Source of the DNA: Candidatus Omnitrophota bacterium
Lineage (GTDB): Bacteria > Omnitrophota > Gorgyraeia > B26-G9
Length of the DNA stretch: 64,000 bases
Direction of reading: 5' to 3'
Assembly: GCA_016213925.1 (NCBI GenBank)
Contig: JACQZH010000013.1
Span: forward strand, 14,034-78,033
This document shows, one piece after another, positions 19,367 through 29,121 of this stretch. How positions within the stretch are numbered: the stretch's first letter is position 1; each line of letters opens with the position of its first letter. The position numbers and the translations under genes were made by a program. The notes beneath the pieces were generated by a model that saw nothing but the letters and a program-made list of their open reading frames with translations, was not told where the DNA came from and made no database searches.

Positions 19367-20293
19367 ATGTTAGATTGTGACCATAGCTGTTCGGAAAAAC
19401 TATTTTTTGTTAACGGTTATAATATTGTTTTTTGCAAGAAATGCGGTTTTAGAAAGACTTTTCCAATTCCTAAACGGCAGGATCTTGCGGATATATATGA
19501 TAAAAATTTTTATTCCGGGAATGATTCGCGCCGTTTCGGGGATATCGGAGAAATGCTTGTTAGATTTTTCCGTTTTTTAAGAGCTTTTAAGGCCGCTTTA
19601 TTTTATTTTCCAAAACGGGTTTTGGATGTCGGCTGCGGAAGAGCATTAATGCTTTATTATCTAAAAAAATATTTTAAAGCCGAATATGTTATCGGTACGC
19701 AATATTGCAGCGCGTCAATTGCTTACGCGAAGAAAAAATTTGGCATTGATGTTAAAAAAGGTGAATTGGCAGATAATATTGGTTCTATAGAAAAAAACCT
19801 GGATTTGATATGTTTTTGGCATGTACTTGAACATATCGATGATGTTGAAACATATATTAAGCTGAGTTATCAACTTCTAAAAAAGGGAGGAAAACTTCTG
19901 ATTGAGGTGCCGAATAGCGAAAGTTTTTCTGCTAAGATAAGTAAGAACGGCTGGATGGGCTGGGATACTCCAAATCATTTAACTCATTTTACTCCTGATT
20001 CACTTGCCGGTTTGCTTGAAAATAATGGCTTTAAAATATTCAAAAAAAAATATTTTTCCGCTGAATATAGTGTTTTTACTACTATGCAGAGTTTATTAAA
20101 TAAAATTTCGGGGGAATGGAATTATTTTTACAAATCACTACTGGTTGGTAAGGATAAACAGGAATTTTCCGCGAAGTTTATCGGGTATTTTCTGCTTGCC
20201 GTATGTTTGGCTCCGCTTGCGATTATTGCGAATCTAATTTTTTATAATAGCCGGCAGGGTGAAGTAATACATTATGTGGCGGAAAAAGTTTAA
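19367..20293 (+). CDS. Class I SAM-dependent methyltransferase with an N-terminal Cys-rich (zinc-ribbon-like) segment and a C-terminal transmembrane helix
   Basis: Motif I VLDVGCGRALM. The N-terminus has C..C....CKKCGF. A C-terminal hydrophobic helix is present. A GAGG RBS lies before ATG 19367. Confidence 0.7.
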   Translation: MLDCDHSCSEKLFFVNGYNIVFCKKCGFRKTFPIPKRQDLADIYDKNFYSGNDSRRFGDIGEMLVRFFRFLRAFKAALFYFPKRVLDVGCGRALMLYYLKKYFKAEYVIGTQYCSASIAYAKKKFGIDVKKGELADNIGSIEKNLDLICFWHVLEHIDDVETYIKLSYQLLKKGGKLLIEVPNSESFSAKISKNGWMGWDTPNHLTHFTPDSLAGLLENNGFKIFKKKYFSAEYSVFTTMQSLLNKISGEWNYFYKSLLVGKDKQEFSAKFIGYFLLAVCLAPLAIIANLIFYNSRQGEVIHYVAEKV

Positions 20294-20329
20294 CTTAAAT
20301 GGTTGCGCTATACCGGATAAATTATTGAT

Positions 20330-22504
20330 ATGAAAAATGCGAAAAACTTTTTTATCATTCTAATCTTAGCCTGCATCTTTTCTTTTTTTTATACTTGGAT
20401 GGCAGTGCGGGAGTTTAGCCCCTTTCAGGCGAAGTACAATGATGTTCCTGCTAAGTTGGATTTTGAGCTTCCGGCTAAGGATGTTTACCTGCTTAAAGTG
20501 AAAACTGAAGATGAATTACCAGAAATCAGTGTTAATGGGTATGTTTTAAAGAGTTTTTCCGAAAAAGCCTATAATAATGTTTTTATTAAAATCATTCCGC
20601 AGAATGCTGCCTTGAAAGGAGTAAACCGCCTGGTTGTTAAAGGCAGGGGCGATAAAAATGCGGATAAGCTTATTACTAAACTGAAAATCTCAAATTATTT
20701 GGCGAAAGATTCATCCGGCGGATTTCTGCTTTTGGCAGGGGCGCCGGTTCTTAGTCAATATCTCACAAGTAAAATAATTTTTTCCATTTTACTTGTATTG
20801 GTGATGGGAATAATTATCTTGGTGCTTAAATCAAATTTGGAGATTTTCAAGGTGCATGCTTTTGAATATAGGAAAAAATATTTGCTGCTTTTTTTATTCT
20901 GGTTTTCCGGTTTTACGGCAATGAGTGTTGTGCCTGCATTTTATAAGCTCAGGATAGCTTTTTATTCCGGCTCTTTCTTGAAGTTCAATATTTGTTATAT
21001 TCTTTTTATCGGTATGTTTTTATTTTTCCGGGTTGTATTTACAGCTTTTAAAAATTGGATTAAGTTTATCGGGCATAAGCTCAAAGAATGCGGTTCAGGG
21101 AAGGAAGATGATAAAGATGATTATAGTTACAGATCTTTGACCAGGGATATTATCCCGCAGGCTTTCTTGGCGGTTAAGGGCGCAAAAGGTTATCAGTGGA
21201 TAATCGCGGCGGTTGTTATTATTAATGTAGTGCTTAAAATTCATTTTATTGCCTCTAATTCAAAAGTGTTTTACCCTCCGGGAGGGGATGCAGCAGGGTT
21301 TGATTACTGTGCTGAACATCTGTTGAGCTGGTTTTTCAGCCCTGAAATGGTACGGCCTCCGGTCTACATATTCTTTTTAAAATTCATATATTTTTTAATT
21401 GGCATATTCCGGCTTGAAAAATTACCTGCGGTATATTTTGCCCACTGTTTGCTGGATGTCGGAACAATGCTTGCGGCGCTTTCCATGATTGAGATAATTT
21501 TCATAAAACTGAAGGCGAGGAACCTGTTAAAAATAACTTATGCTGTTTGTTATACTTTGTACTTTCCGTTTATAATTAATAGCGCGGCTATATTAAGGGA
21601 AACTTTGAATAATTTTCTCACGGCTTTGTTTTTGGTTTTTTTATTGAGATTTCATGTCGCGGAGGAAATGATGGTGAAACTGAAAATTGCAGGCAGGAAA
21701 GTTTCTTGTAATCTTAAAACGGGCTATCTTTTTACCGCGGCATTTTTTTTTACCATGACGTATCTTAACCGTGAGGATAATTTTTTGTATTTATTTTTTA
21801 TTTTGCCGTACTTTTGGTACCTGCATTTTTTTAAAAAACAAAACGGCTTTGGGAAAAAGGCGGTATTCTTTCTCGCGGTTATCGCGTTATTTAATCTGCC
21901 GTGGTTATTGCGCAATATTGTTTTTTCCCGCGAGTTTGTATGGCTTACAAAGCAAGGCGGCCTTAGCATTGCGCTTGGGCATATGTATGATTATCCTATC
22001 TTTGATGATCTGCGATGCCCTTACCTAAGTGATATGGCTGCTTCTTTTGCTGAAAAAAATGAACAATCCGGCAGTGGAATCAAAGCGGCTTTTTATTTTG
22101 TTAATCAATTATGGGCAAATCATACTTTTTGGGAAGTTTTTAAATTTTATATGACTAAAATTATAAATATGTTTAAAATTGCGCTTATCCTGTGTATATA
22201 TCCGATAAATCTGGGTTTCTACACCATATATACGACATTTATTAATGTTACGCATACGGTATTTTTAAGATTTTTTATTATATCTTGGCCGATATTATTT
22301 ATATACCGCAGGTTACTAAATCCTTGTATTATTTATGTTATTTTCATTTTCGCGCTTAAAATCTTAATGGCTTTGATGATGTTCGGATGCCCCAGGTATG
22401 CGTTTAATATGATTCCATATATGATTTTATTTGCGTGTTTTGCAATGTATATGCTGGTTGCAATGTTTGGGAAACTACTTAAAGTTTTGGGAAGAATAGT
22501 ATAA
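20330..22504 (+). CDS. Polytopic membrane protein (724 aa), candidate glycan polymerase or GT-C-like enzyme
   Basis: A signal-anchor, then a soluble segment of about 120 aa, then more than 10 hydrophobic helices. No soluble-enzyme motifs recognised. Confidence 0.5.
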   Translation: MKNAKNFFIILILACIFSFFYTWMAVREFSPFQAKYNDVPAKLDFELPAKDVYLLKVKTEDELPEISVNGYVLKSFSEKAYNNVFIKIIPQNAALKGVNRLVVKGRGDKNADKLITKLKISNYLAKDSSGGFLLLAGAPVLSQYLTSKIIFSILLVLVMGIIILVLKSNLEIFKVHAFEYRKKYLLLFLFWFSGFTAMSVVPAFYKLRIAFYSGSFLKFNICYILFIGMFLFFRVVFTAFKNWIKFIGHKLKECGSGKEDDKDDYSYRSLTRDIIPQAFLAVKGAKGYQWIIAAVVIINVVLKIHFIASNSKVFYPPGGDAAGFDYCAEHLLSWFFSPEMVRPPVYIFFLKFIYFLIGIFRLEKLPAVYFAHCLLDVGTMLAALSMIEIIFIKLKARNLLKITYAVCYTLYFPFIINSAAILRETLNNFLTALFLVFLLRFHVAEEMMVKLKIAGRKVSCNLKTGYLFTAAFFFTMTYLNREDNFLYLFFILPYFWYLHFFKKQNGFGKKAVFFLAVIALFNLPWLLRNIVFSREFVWLTKQGGLSIALGHMYDYPIFDDLRCPYLSDMAASFAEKNEQSGSGIKAAFYFVNQLWANHTFWEVFKFYMTKIINMFKIALILCIYPINLGFYTIYTTFINVTHTVFLRFFIISWPILFIYRRLLNPCIIYVIFIFALKILMALMMFGCPRYAFNMIPYMILFACFAMYMLVAMFGKLLKVLGRIV

Positions 22505-24367
22505 ATGAAGTTGGAATTTTCAGAAAAAAAACTTGATTTTGTCCTGATGCTGGCGATATTTTTTATTGCTTGCCTGATAGTTTTTTCTAATCTTGGCATC
22601 AAATATTCGTTTGTCGGTGATGATCCTGGTGTGTCAATGCAGTTTCTTGAAGGCGTGAACAGATATGATTGCTACCTCTGGAATGAGTATGTGGGTGCCG
22701 GAGCTCCTTTGCCCAGCGGGGTCCAGTCATTAGCCTGGAATACCTTATTAAGGGTTATTGGGTTATTCGTTGCGCAAAAATTTATAATCCGCATTATGAG
22801 TATTTTATTTTTTAGCTTATGCGGAATGTCAATGTATTATCTTGTGCATATGATATCAAAGACAGAAGGCATGATGCGTAAAGACACGCGTTTTTTAAAA
22901 CTGGGGGCTTTTATCGGCGCGCTTGTTTATATGATGAACCATCTAATTATGATTTTGCTGAATTTTCCTTTGTCGAAATTGCAGTTTCCTTATTGCATAT
23001 ATCCATTTATTATTGCGTTGTTTATTTATGCATTACATAAGCCGATGCCTTTTTATAAGATTTTTATTTCAGCAATGCTTTTATTAATATTATTTTGCGG
23101 GAATCCAGCAAACATGGTAGTTATTTTTAATATTTTACTTCTATATTTTATATATTTTATTTTTATTAAAACAGGGGCAAAGGAACAGTTGTTTCGAAAA
23201 CTAGCTGTATTTTTATGTGTTACGGTATTGTTCTTGTTGTTTACTGCTTTTATATGGCTGCCTACTTTGCTGTTACCTCTTTATGGAGAGGCTTTGGCAA
23301 AAGTGGATAATGCTAATTTTTTAAATGATGTTAGTTTTAACAGCCATCGAAGCTCGTTTTTATCCTTGTGGCGGTTGGACGGTTATATGTGTTTTCTAAA
23401 TTTTCCTTTTGCCGGCCAATACTATTCCAATGCTTTTTTGGTATTTTTGGGGTTTGCGGTTTACACGCTTTTACCTTTTAGCGTGCTTTTGTTTTTTCGG
23501 AAAAGCCGGTTTATTAATTATTTTGTTTTTGTTTATTTAATGTTTCTTTTTTTTGCAAAGGGAACGTATCCGCCGGGAAGAGTAGTTTTTGAATGGGTTT
23601 TTATCCATGTGCCGTATTTTGCCATGTTTAAATCGCAGTACATAAAATTGATTGTAGTGCCGGTAATATTAGGAGCGGTTTTCAGCGGTTTTTCCTCTGC
23701 GAAAATTTTATCCGAGTCGCCGAAATCTTATTTACGTTTTTTTATTGGTTTGGTTGCGATGATAATCGGATATAATCATATTTTTGTCGATGGAAGCTGG
23801 AATTATAAGTCTTTTTTGACGGAAATCCCCGCGGATTATCAGCAAACAGCCGATTTTATAAATTCGCTTGGCGGTAATAAAAGGATACTAATGTGCCCTG
23901 AGACTTCCGGTTTTCAGATTTCCGGCTGGAAAAAGGAAGATGAGACCTGGGCCAGGCATCATCTGAATGATTATCAGCAGATGTATGTTGGGGGATTGAT
24001 ACATCCGTATGTGTTCAATAAACCTTGTTTGAATATGTGGTATTTTAAAAAGTATTTTTCTTCGGAGGAGAATGCGGAATTCCCATACTTATTTCCTTCG
24101 ATATTTTTAAGGCTTAAGTACTATGATGTGGGGTATATATGCCTTGAAAAGAGTTTTTTGGATGAATATAACGGCGGATTTGGCTGCGGCAATATGATAT
24201 TAAACGGCTATAAAAAATATCAGGATTATAAGGAAATATTAAAAAAAACTAATGGCTTGGCCCTGGTTTTGGATACGCCTAACTGGTCGGTATATAAGAT
24301 TTCCGATGACATGACTTGCGCAAAAATTTATTCCAGCTATGAGGATGAGTTGTATAACACCAAGTAG
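22505..24367 (+). CDS. Polytopic membrane protein (620 aa) with a C-terminal extracytoplasmic domain
   Basis: Its start codon immediately follows the upstream stop. Many transmembrane helices are followed by a soluble C-terminal domain of about 200 aa. Confidence 0.5.
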   Translation: MKLEFSEKKLDFVLMLAIFFIACLIVFSNLGIKYSFVGDDPGVSMQFLEGVNRYDCYLWNEYVGAGAPLPSGVQSLAWNTLLRVIGLFVAQKFIIRIMSILFFSLCGMSMYYLVHMISKTEGMMRKDTRFLKLGAFIGALVYMMNHLIMILLNFPLSKLQFPYCIYPFIIALFIYALHKPMPFYKIFISAMLLLILFCGNPANMVVIFNILLLYFIYFIFIKTGAKEQLFRKLAVFLCVTVLFLLFTAFIWLPTLLLPLYGEALAKVDNANFLNDVSFNSHRSSFLSLWRLDGYMCFLNFPFAGQYYSNAFLVFLGFAVYTLLPFSVLLFFRKSRFINYFVFVYLMFLFFAKGTYPPGRVVFEWVFIHVPYFAMFKSQYIKLIVVPVILGAVFSGFSSAKILSESPKSYLRFFIGLVAMIIGYNHIFVDGSWNYKSFLTEIPADYQQTADFINSLGGNKRILMCPETSGFQISGWKKEDETWARHHLNDYQQMYVGGLIHPYVFNKPCLNMWYFKKYFSSEENAEFPYLFPSIFLRLKYYDVGYICLEKSFLDEYNGGFGCGNMILNGYKKYQDYKEILKKTNGLALVLDTPNWSVYKISDDMTCAKIYSSYEDELYNTK

Positions 24368-24404
24368 GAAGAGGCTGTTCTTAAATGAAGAGGAAAGTTT
24401 TAGT

Positions 24405-25334
24405 ATGAATAAAAACAGTAAGATTCTTATTGTCGGGTATAAAAGCATGCTTGGCAATGCTCTTGCCGATTATTTCAAAACGGAGGGTTTTAAAAATATT
24501 TTAAGCGAAGTTTTAAATAGTTTTGATTTGATGAGCCAAAGCGCGGTTAATGATTTTTTTGCGAAGGAAGAACCGGAGTTTATTTTTATGACTGATGTTA
24601 GATCCGGAGGTATTGTAGCTAATCTGGAAAGCCCGGCAGAATTTATTTATACTAATTTGCAGGTACAAAACAATATTATCCATGCCGCTTATGAGTACGC
24701 GGCGGAAAAACTTTTATTTTTGGGTAGTTCCTGCGGGTATCCTAAAGATTGTCAGCAGCCGATTAAGGAAGAGTATTTTCTTGGCGGAAAAATTGAAGAG
24801 TCAAGCGCTCCTTACGCGGTTTCCAAGATTGCAGGGATCAAGATGTGCCAGGCTTATCAAAAGCAGTACGGAGTAAATTTTATTTGTGCTGTACCTGCTA
24901 CGGTTTATGGGGGTAATGATGATTTTGACCTGAAGAGTTCGCATGTTATAAGCGCGTTGATCAGAAAATTTCATGAAGCAAAATTAAAAAATGAGGACGA
25001 GGTTAGTATCTGGGGCACAGGCAATCCTAAACGGGAGTTTTTGTATATAGATGATATGGTCAAAGCCTGTGTATTTTTGATGAATAATTATAAAAACCCT
25101 GAGATTATTAATGTTGGTTATGGAGAAGATATCAGCATCAAGGAGCTGGCTAAAACCATAAAGGATGTGGTTGGCTTTAAAGGGAAGACAGTTTTTGATA
25201 GTACAAAACCGGATGGAGCAATGCGGAAACTTTTGGATAGTACAAAAATATTTGGTCTGGGTTGGAGCCCGAAAATTAACCTAAAAATGGGAATAGAAAG
25301 AACATATAAATGGTACAAGGAGGGAGTAAAATGA
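24405..25334 (+). CDS. fcl: GDP-L-fucose synthase (GDP-4-keto-6-deoxymannose 3,5-epimerase/4-reductase)
   Basis: Near-collinear match by memory to E. coli Fcl: GGIVAN..P.EFIY.N..NIIHAA, KLLFLGSSC.YPK, YA..KIAGIK.C, SHVI.ALIR.FHEA, WG.G.P.REFL..DDM, INVG.G.D..I.ELA, FD..KPDG..RKLLD, GW. The RBS-supported start is ATG 24405; the ORF-track start at 24339 is probably upstream read-through. Confidence 0.85.
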   Translation: MNKNSKILIVGYKSMLGNALADYFKTEGFKNILSEVLNSFDLMSQSAVNDFFAKEEPEFIFMTDVRSGGIVANLESPAEFIYTNLQVQNNIIHAAYEYAAEKLLFLGSSCGYPKDCQQPIKEEYFLGGKIEESSAPYAVSKIAGIKMCQAYQKQYGVNFICAVPATVYGGNDDFDLKSSHVISALIRKFHEAKLKNEDEVSIWGTGNPKREFLYIDDMVKACVFLMNNYKNPEIINVGYGEDISIKELAKTIKDVVGFKGKTVFDSTKPDGAMRKLLDSTKIFGLGWSPKINLKMGIERTYKWYKEGVK

Positions 25335-26263
25335 AAATATTAGTTACAGGAGCTGCTGGTTATATCGGGTCGATTTTAGTGCCGGAATTATTGGAAAAAG
25401 GCCATGAGGTTATTGCTTTGGATAATTTTATGTATAACCAAAGCTCTCTATTGAACAGTTGTTTTGATAAAAAATTAACGGTGATAAGAGGCGATACTCG
25501 CGATAAGGGCATTATTGCTAATTGCTTAAAAAAGACGGATGCTATTTTTCCGCTTGCTTGTTTAACCGGTGCTCCGCTATGCAATAAATTCCCGCAGGAG
25601 GCGCAATCAATTGTTGTGGATGCCATACAAATGATCCTGGAACTGCGTAGTAAGGAGCAGATGATTATCTACCCGACTACGAATAGCGGTTACGGTATCG
25701 GGCAAAAGGGCATTCATTGTGATGAAAAAACACCTTTAAATCCGATTTCATTGTACGGTAAGGTCAAAGTCGAAGCGGAAGAAAAGCTTCTTGCTTCTGG
25801 TAATGCGATTACTTTAAGGCTGGCTACCGCGTTTGGCGTCAGCCCGCGCATGCGGCTTGATTTGTTGGTGAATGATTTTGTCTACCGGGCTGTAAATGAC
25901 CGCTTTATTATACTTTTTGAAGCAGGTTTTAAACGCAATTATATACACGTACGCGATGTTGCAAAAGCTTTTATGCATTCATTAAACAATTTTAAGAAAA
26001 TGAAGAATGAGCCGTATAATGTCGGGCTTAGTGATGCTAATTTGAGTAAATGGGAATTATGCGAAGAAATAAAAAAACAGGTGCCTGATTTTTATTTTGT
26101 CGAAGCAGAGGTGGGAGAGGATCCGGATAAACGTGATTATATTGTAAGTAATGAGAAAATTGAAAAAACAGGATTTAACCCGGATTTTTCTTTAAAACGA
26201 GGGATAGAAGAATTAATAAAAGCTTATCAGATAATCAGGAGAAATCAGTTTGCCAATATTTAG
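25331..26263 (+). CDS. NAD-dependent epimerase/dehydratase (extended SDR). It could be the dehydratase partner of fcl, but this is unproven.
   Basis: Motifs ILVTGAAGYIGSIL and a YGKVK catalytic Y..K. An AAGGAGGGAG RBS precedes it. A 4-nt overlap with fcl couples the two genes. Confidence 0.7.
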   Translation: MKILVTGAAGYIGSILVPELLEKGHEVIALDNFMYNQSSLLNSCFDKKLTVIRGDTRDKGIIANCLKKTDAIFPLACLTGAPLCNKFPQEAQSIVVDAIQMILELRSKEQMIIYPTTNSGYGIGQKGIHCDEKTPLNPISLYGKVKVEAEEKLLASGNAITLRLATAFGVSPRMRLDLLVNDFVYRAVNDRFIILFEAGFKRNYIHVRDVAKAFMHSLNNFKKMKNEPYNVGLSDANLSKWELCEEIKKQVPDFYFVEAEVGEDPDKRDYIVSNEKIEKTGFNPDFSLKRGIEELIKAYQIIRRNQFANI

Positions 26264-26309
26264 GCTTAGTTATATAATATTATTTCTCTTAAATTAAGGA
26301 GGATAGATT

Positions 26310-27305
26310 GTGATCATAAGTAAAACACCGTTCAGGATATCATTCTTCGGCGGAGGCACGGATTATCCTGTTTGGTATGAAGCCAATAGCGGAGCAGTAT
26401 TGTCAACGACAATAGACAAATATTGTTATCTTACCTGCCGGTATCTTCCGCCTTTCTTTGAACATAAGCACCGGATAGTTTATTCAAAGATTGATACAGT
26501 TAGGAATATCGCGGATATCCGCCATCCTGCGGTAAGGGCTTTGTTACAGTTTATGGATATACATAAGGGTATGGAAATCCATCATGATGGCGATTTGCCG
26601 GCGCGTACAGGACTGGGATCGAGTTCTGCGTTTACGGTCGGCTTATTATATTCATTATATGCTTTAAAAGGTATGATGCCGACAAAGCATCGTTTGGCAC
26701 AAGAAGCTATCCACATTGAGCGTGATGTGCTTAAAGAGCATGTTGGTTCGCAGGACCAAGTGGCTGTGGCTTATGGCGGTTTTAATGAGATAAGCTTTAC
26801 CCAAGACGGAAATTTCAGGGTTGAGCCGGTTGTTATTAATCGGCAGAGGCTAAACAATCTGCAGGAACATATCATGCTGTATTTTACCGGTTTTTCCCGG
26901 ATTGCCTCAAAAATAGCCAAGCGTCAGATAAAAGATACACCTAAAAGGAGCAATGAATTAAAAGCGATGCATCAAATGGTGGAAGAAGCGAAAAAGATTT
27001 TGTATAGTGATAACGGGCTTGTTGATTTCGGTAAATTACTTCATGAAGCCTGGCTGCTAAAACGGTCACTGACGCATAAAATTTCTAATATGCAGATTGA
27101 TGATATTTACTCGCAGGCGCTTTGTGCCGGCGCTATAGGCGGAAAACTTCTGGGAGCCGGCGGCGGAGGGTTCATGATATTATTCGTAAAACCTGAATTG
27201 AAAAACAAAGTTAGGAAAAGATTATCGAAGCTGTTGGAAGTTAATTTCCAGTTTGAATCAGAAGGCAGCCAGATAATATTTTATAAAGATTCCAGTATAA
27301 TTTAA
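26310..27305 (+). CDS. GHMP-family sugar kinase (HddA/heptose-7-phosphate kinase-like)
   Basis: GHMP motif PARTGLGSSSAF and a C-terminal GAGGGGF. GTG start with an AAGGAGGA RBS. Confidence 0.75.
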   Translation: MIISKTPFRISFFGGGTDYPVWYEANSGAVLSTTIDKYCYLTCRYLPPFFEHKHRIVYSKIDTVRNIADIRHPAVRALLQFMDIHKGMEIHHDGDLPARTGLGSSSAFTVGLLYSLYALKGMMPTKHRLAQEAIHIERDVLKEHVGSQDQVAVAYGGFNEISFTQDGNFRVEPVVINRQRLNNLQEHIMLYFTGFSRIASKIAKRQIKDTPKRSNELKAMHQMVEEAKKILYSDNGLVDFGKLLHEAWLLKRSLTHKISNMQIDDIYSQALCAGAIGGKLLGAGGGGFMILFVKPELKNKVRKRLSKLLEVNFQFESEGSQIIFYKDSSII

Positions 27306-27319
27306 AGAAGAGGACTGAT

Positions 27320-28150
27320 GTGAAAAAAAACGTAAAATTAACTGATTTTTTGGAAAAGAAAGCCTTTGATGTAAGGCGCAGGACCTTATCTATTCACGGG
27401 TTGGCGCCTGAAACAAGAGTGGCTTCTTCATTGTCGTGTGTGGAAATATTTGTTGCTTTATATTACGGGAAAATACTGAAATTTAAAGCGACGGATCTGC
27501 AATGGGATAAAAGGGACCGTTTTATTATAAGTAAAGGCCATGGTGCTATTTCTTTATACCCTATTCTTGCGGACCTTGGTTTTTTTAGTAAGTATGAATT
27601 GCTTAAAGTCGGTACAAAAGATTCTTTTTTGGGAGGTATACCTGACCCTGTAATCCCCGGATTTGAAACAGTTAACGGTTCTCTGGGGCATGGATTGGGA
27701 GTTGCGTGCGGGATTGCAGTAGGGCTTAAGAGAAAAAAGAAAAAAGAATCAGTTTTTGTTCTTAACGGCGATGGGGAAATGTCCGAAGGTTCTGTATGGG
27801 AAGCGATAATGTTTGCCGGACACCATAAGCTGGATAATATTACTTTGATTGTGGATAATAATAAAATCGGCATGCTTGATTATTGTAAAAACGTGATTGA
27901 TCTTGCTCCTCTTGAGGAAAAATTTAAGGTGTTTGGCTGGCATTCGGAAACGGTAGACGGGCATAATATGCAAAAAGTTTATGATATTCTAAAATATTTA
28001 AAAGAAAAAAGGACCAACAAACCCAAGGTATTGATAGCCGATACGATTAAAGGTAAAGGGGTGCCTTCGCTTGAATGCGATGTGCTTTGCCATATAAGGA
28101 ACCTTTCTAAGAATGAGATAGATAAACTTTTAAAAGATAAGGAGTTTTAA
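27320..28150 (+). CDS. Transketolase N-terminal (TPP-binding) subunit
   Basis: Motifs GHGAISLYPILADLG, GSLGHGLGVACG and NGDGEMSEGSVWEA. GTG start with an AAGAAGAGGA RBS. Confidence 0.8.
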   Translation: MKKNVKLTDFLEKKAFDVRRRTLSIHGLAPETRVASSLSCVEIFVALYYGKILKFKATDLQWDKRDRFIISKGHGAISLYPILADLGFFSKYELLKVGTKDSFLGGIPDPVIPGFETVNGSLGHGLGVACGIAVGLKRKKKKESVFVLNGDGEMSEGSVWEAIMFAGHHKLDNITLIVDNNKIGMLDYCKNVIDLAPLEEKFKVFGWHSETVDGHNMQKVYDILKYLKEKRTNKPKVLIADTIKGKGVPSLECDVLCHIRNLSKNEIDKLLKDKEF

Positions 28151-29109
28151 TGGAACAAGTTAAACAAAAGACGATGCGGGATGCCTTCTTGGAGCAGCTC
28201 TATAATCAAATGCAGAAAAGAGAGGATCTTTTTTTTGTTAGCGCTGATTTCGGTTCCCCTGTTTTGGACAAAATCAGGACAGAATTTAAAAATAATTTTA
28301 TTAATGTAGGCATCGCCGAACAAAATCTTATTAATGTTGCAACAGGCCTGGCTTTGGAAGGATTTATTGTCTATGCTTATGCGATTGCTCCTTTTTTATC
28401 AATGCGTGCGTATGAACAAATCAGGACTAATCTGGCATTGCTCTCGCAGATAAAGCAGGTTAATGTAAACTTAATCGGAGTAGGCGCGGGCTTAAGCTAT
28501 GATGTTTCCGGGCCGACGCATCATTGCCTTGAGGATATAACTTTGATGAGGCTGCTTCCGAATATAATGCTATTTTCCCCGGCTGACTGGGTAACAGCAA
28601 AGTGTTGTGCGGATTTTTCGATTGATGTTAAACAGCCGAAATATCTGCGTTTTGACGCGAAACCTTTACCGGCAATTTATGCTGATTTTAAAAATATTGA
28701 TATGGAAAAGGGTTTTTGCGAATTGAAGAAAGGGAATGATGTTTGTTTTGTGTCTACTGGGTATATGACGCACCGGGCACTGGAGCTTTCAGGTATACTG
28801 CTAAAAGACGGCATAAACTGTGGAATAATTGATATATTTATGTTAAAGCCTTTTGATGAAAAAGCCCTTCAGAAAGCCATGAAAAAATATAGGGCAGTTA
28901 TAGCTCTGGAAGAGTCTTTCGGGGAAAAGGGAGGGCTTGATAGTATTTTGTTTAATTTAATTTCCGGGCTAAATAAGGAAATGATCTATAAGAATTTTGG
29001 TTTTGCCGATAAATATGTGTTTGAATTGGGAAGCCGCAAAGAGTTACATGAACAAAACGGGTTGTCGGATAAGGTGTTGCTTGATGCAGTTAAAAAATGT
29101 CTGAATTAA
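28150..29109 (+). CDS. Transketolase C-terminal (pyrimidine-binding) subunit
   Basis: Motifs AEQNLINVATGLALEG..AYAIAPF and a C-terminal domain. Its start overlaps the stop of the N-terminal subunit by 1 nt. Confidence 0.8.
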   Translation: MEQVKQKTMRDAFLEQLYNQMQKREDLFFVSADFGSPVLDKIRTEFKNNFINVGIAEQNLINVATGLALEGFIVYAYAIAPFLSMRAYEQIRTNLALLSQIKQVNVNLIGVGAGLSYDVSGPTHHCLEDITLMRLLPNIMLFSPADWVTAKCCADFSIDVKQPKYLRFDAKPLPAIYADFKNIDMEKGFCELKKGNDVCFVSTGYMTHRALELSGILLKDGINCGIIDIFMLKPFDEKALQKAMKKYRAVIALEESFGEKGGLDSILFNLISGLNKEMIYKNFGFADKYVFELGSRKELHEQNGLSDKVLLDAVKKCLN

Positions 29110-29121
29110 AAAAACAAAATA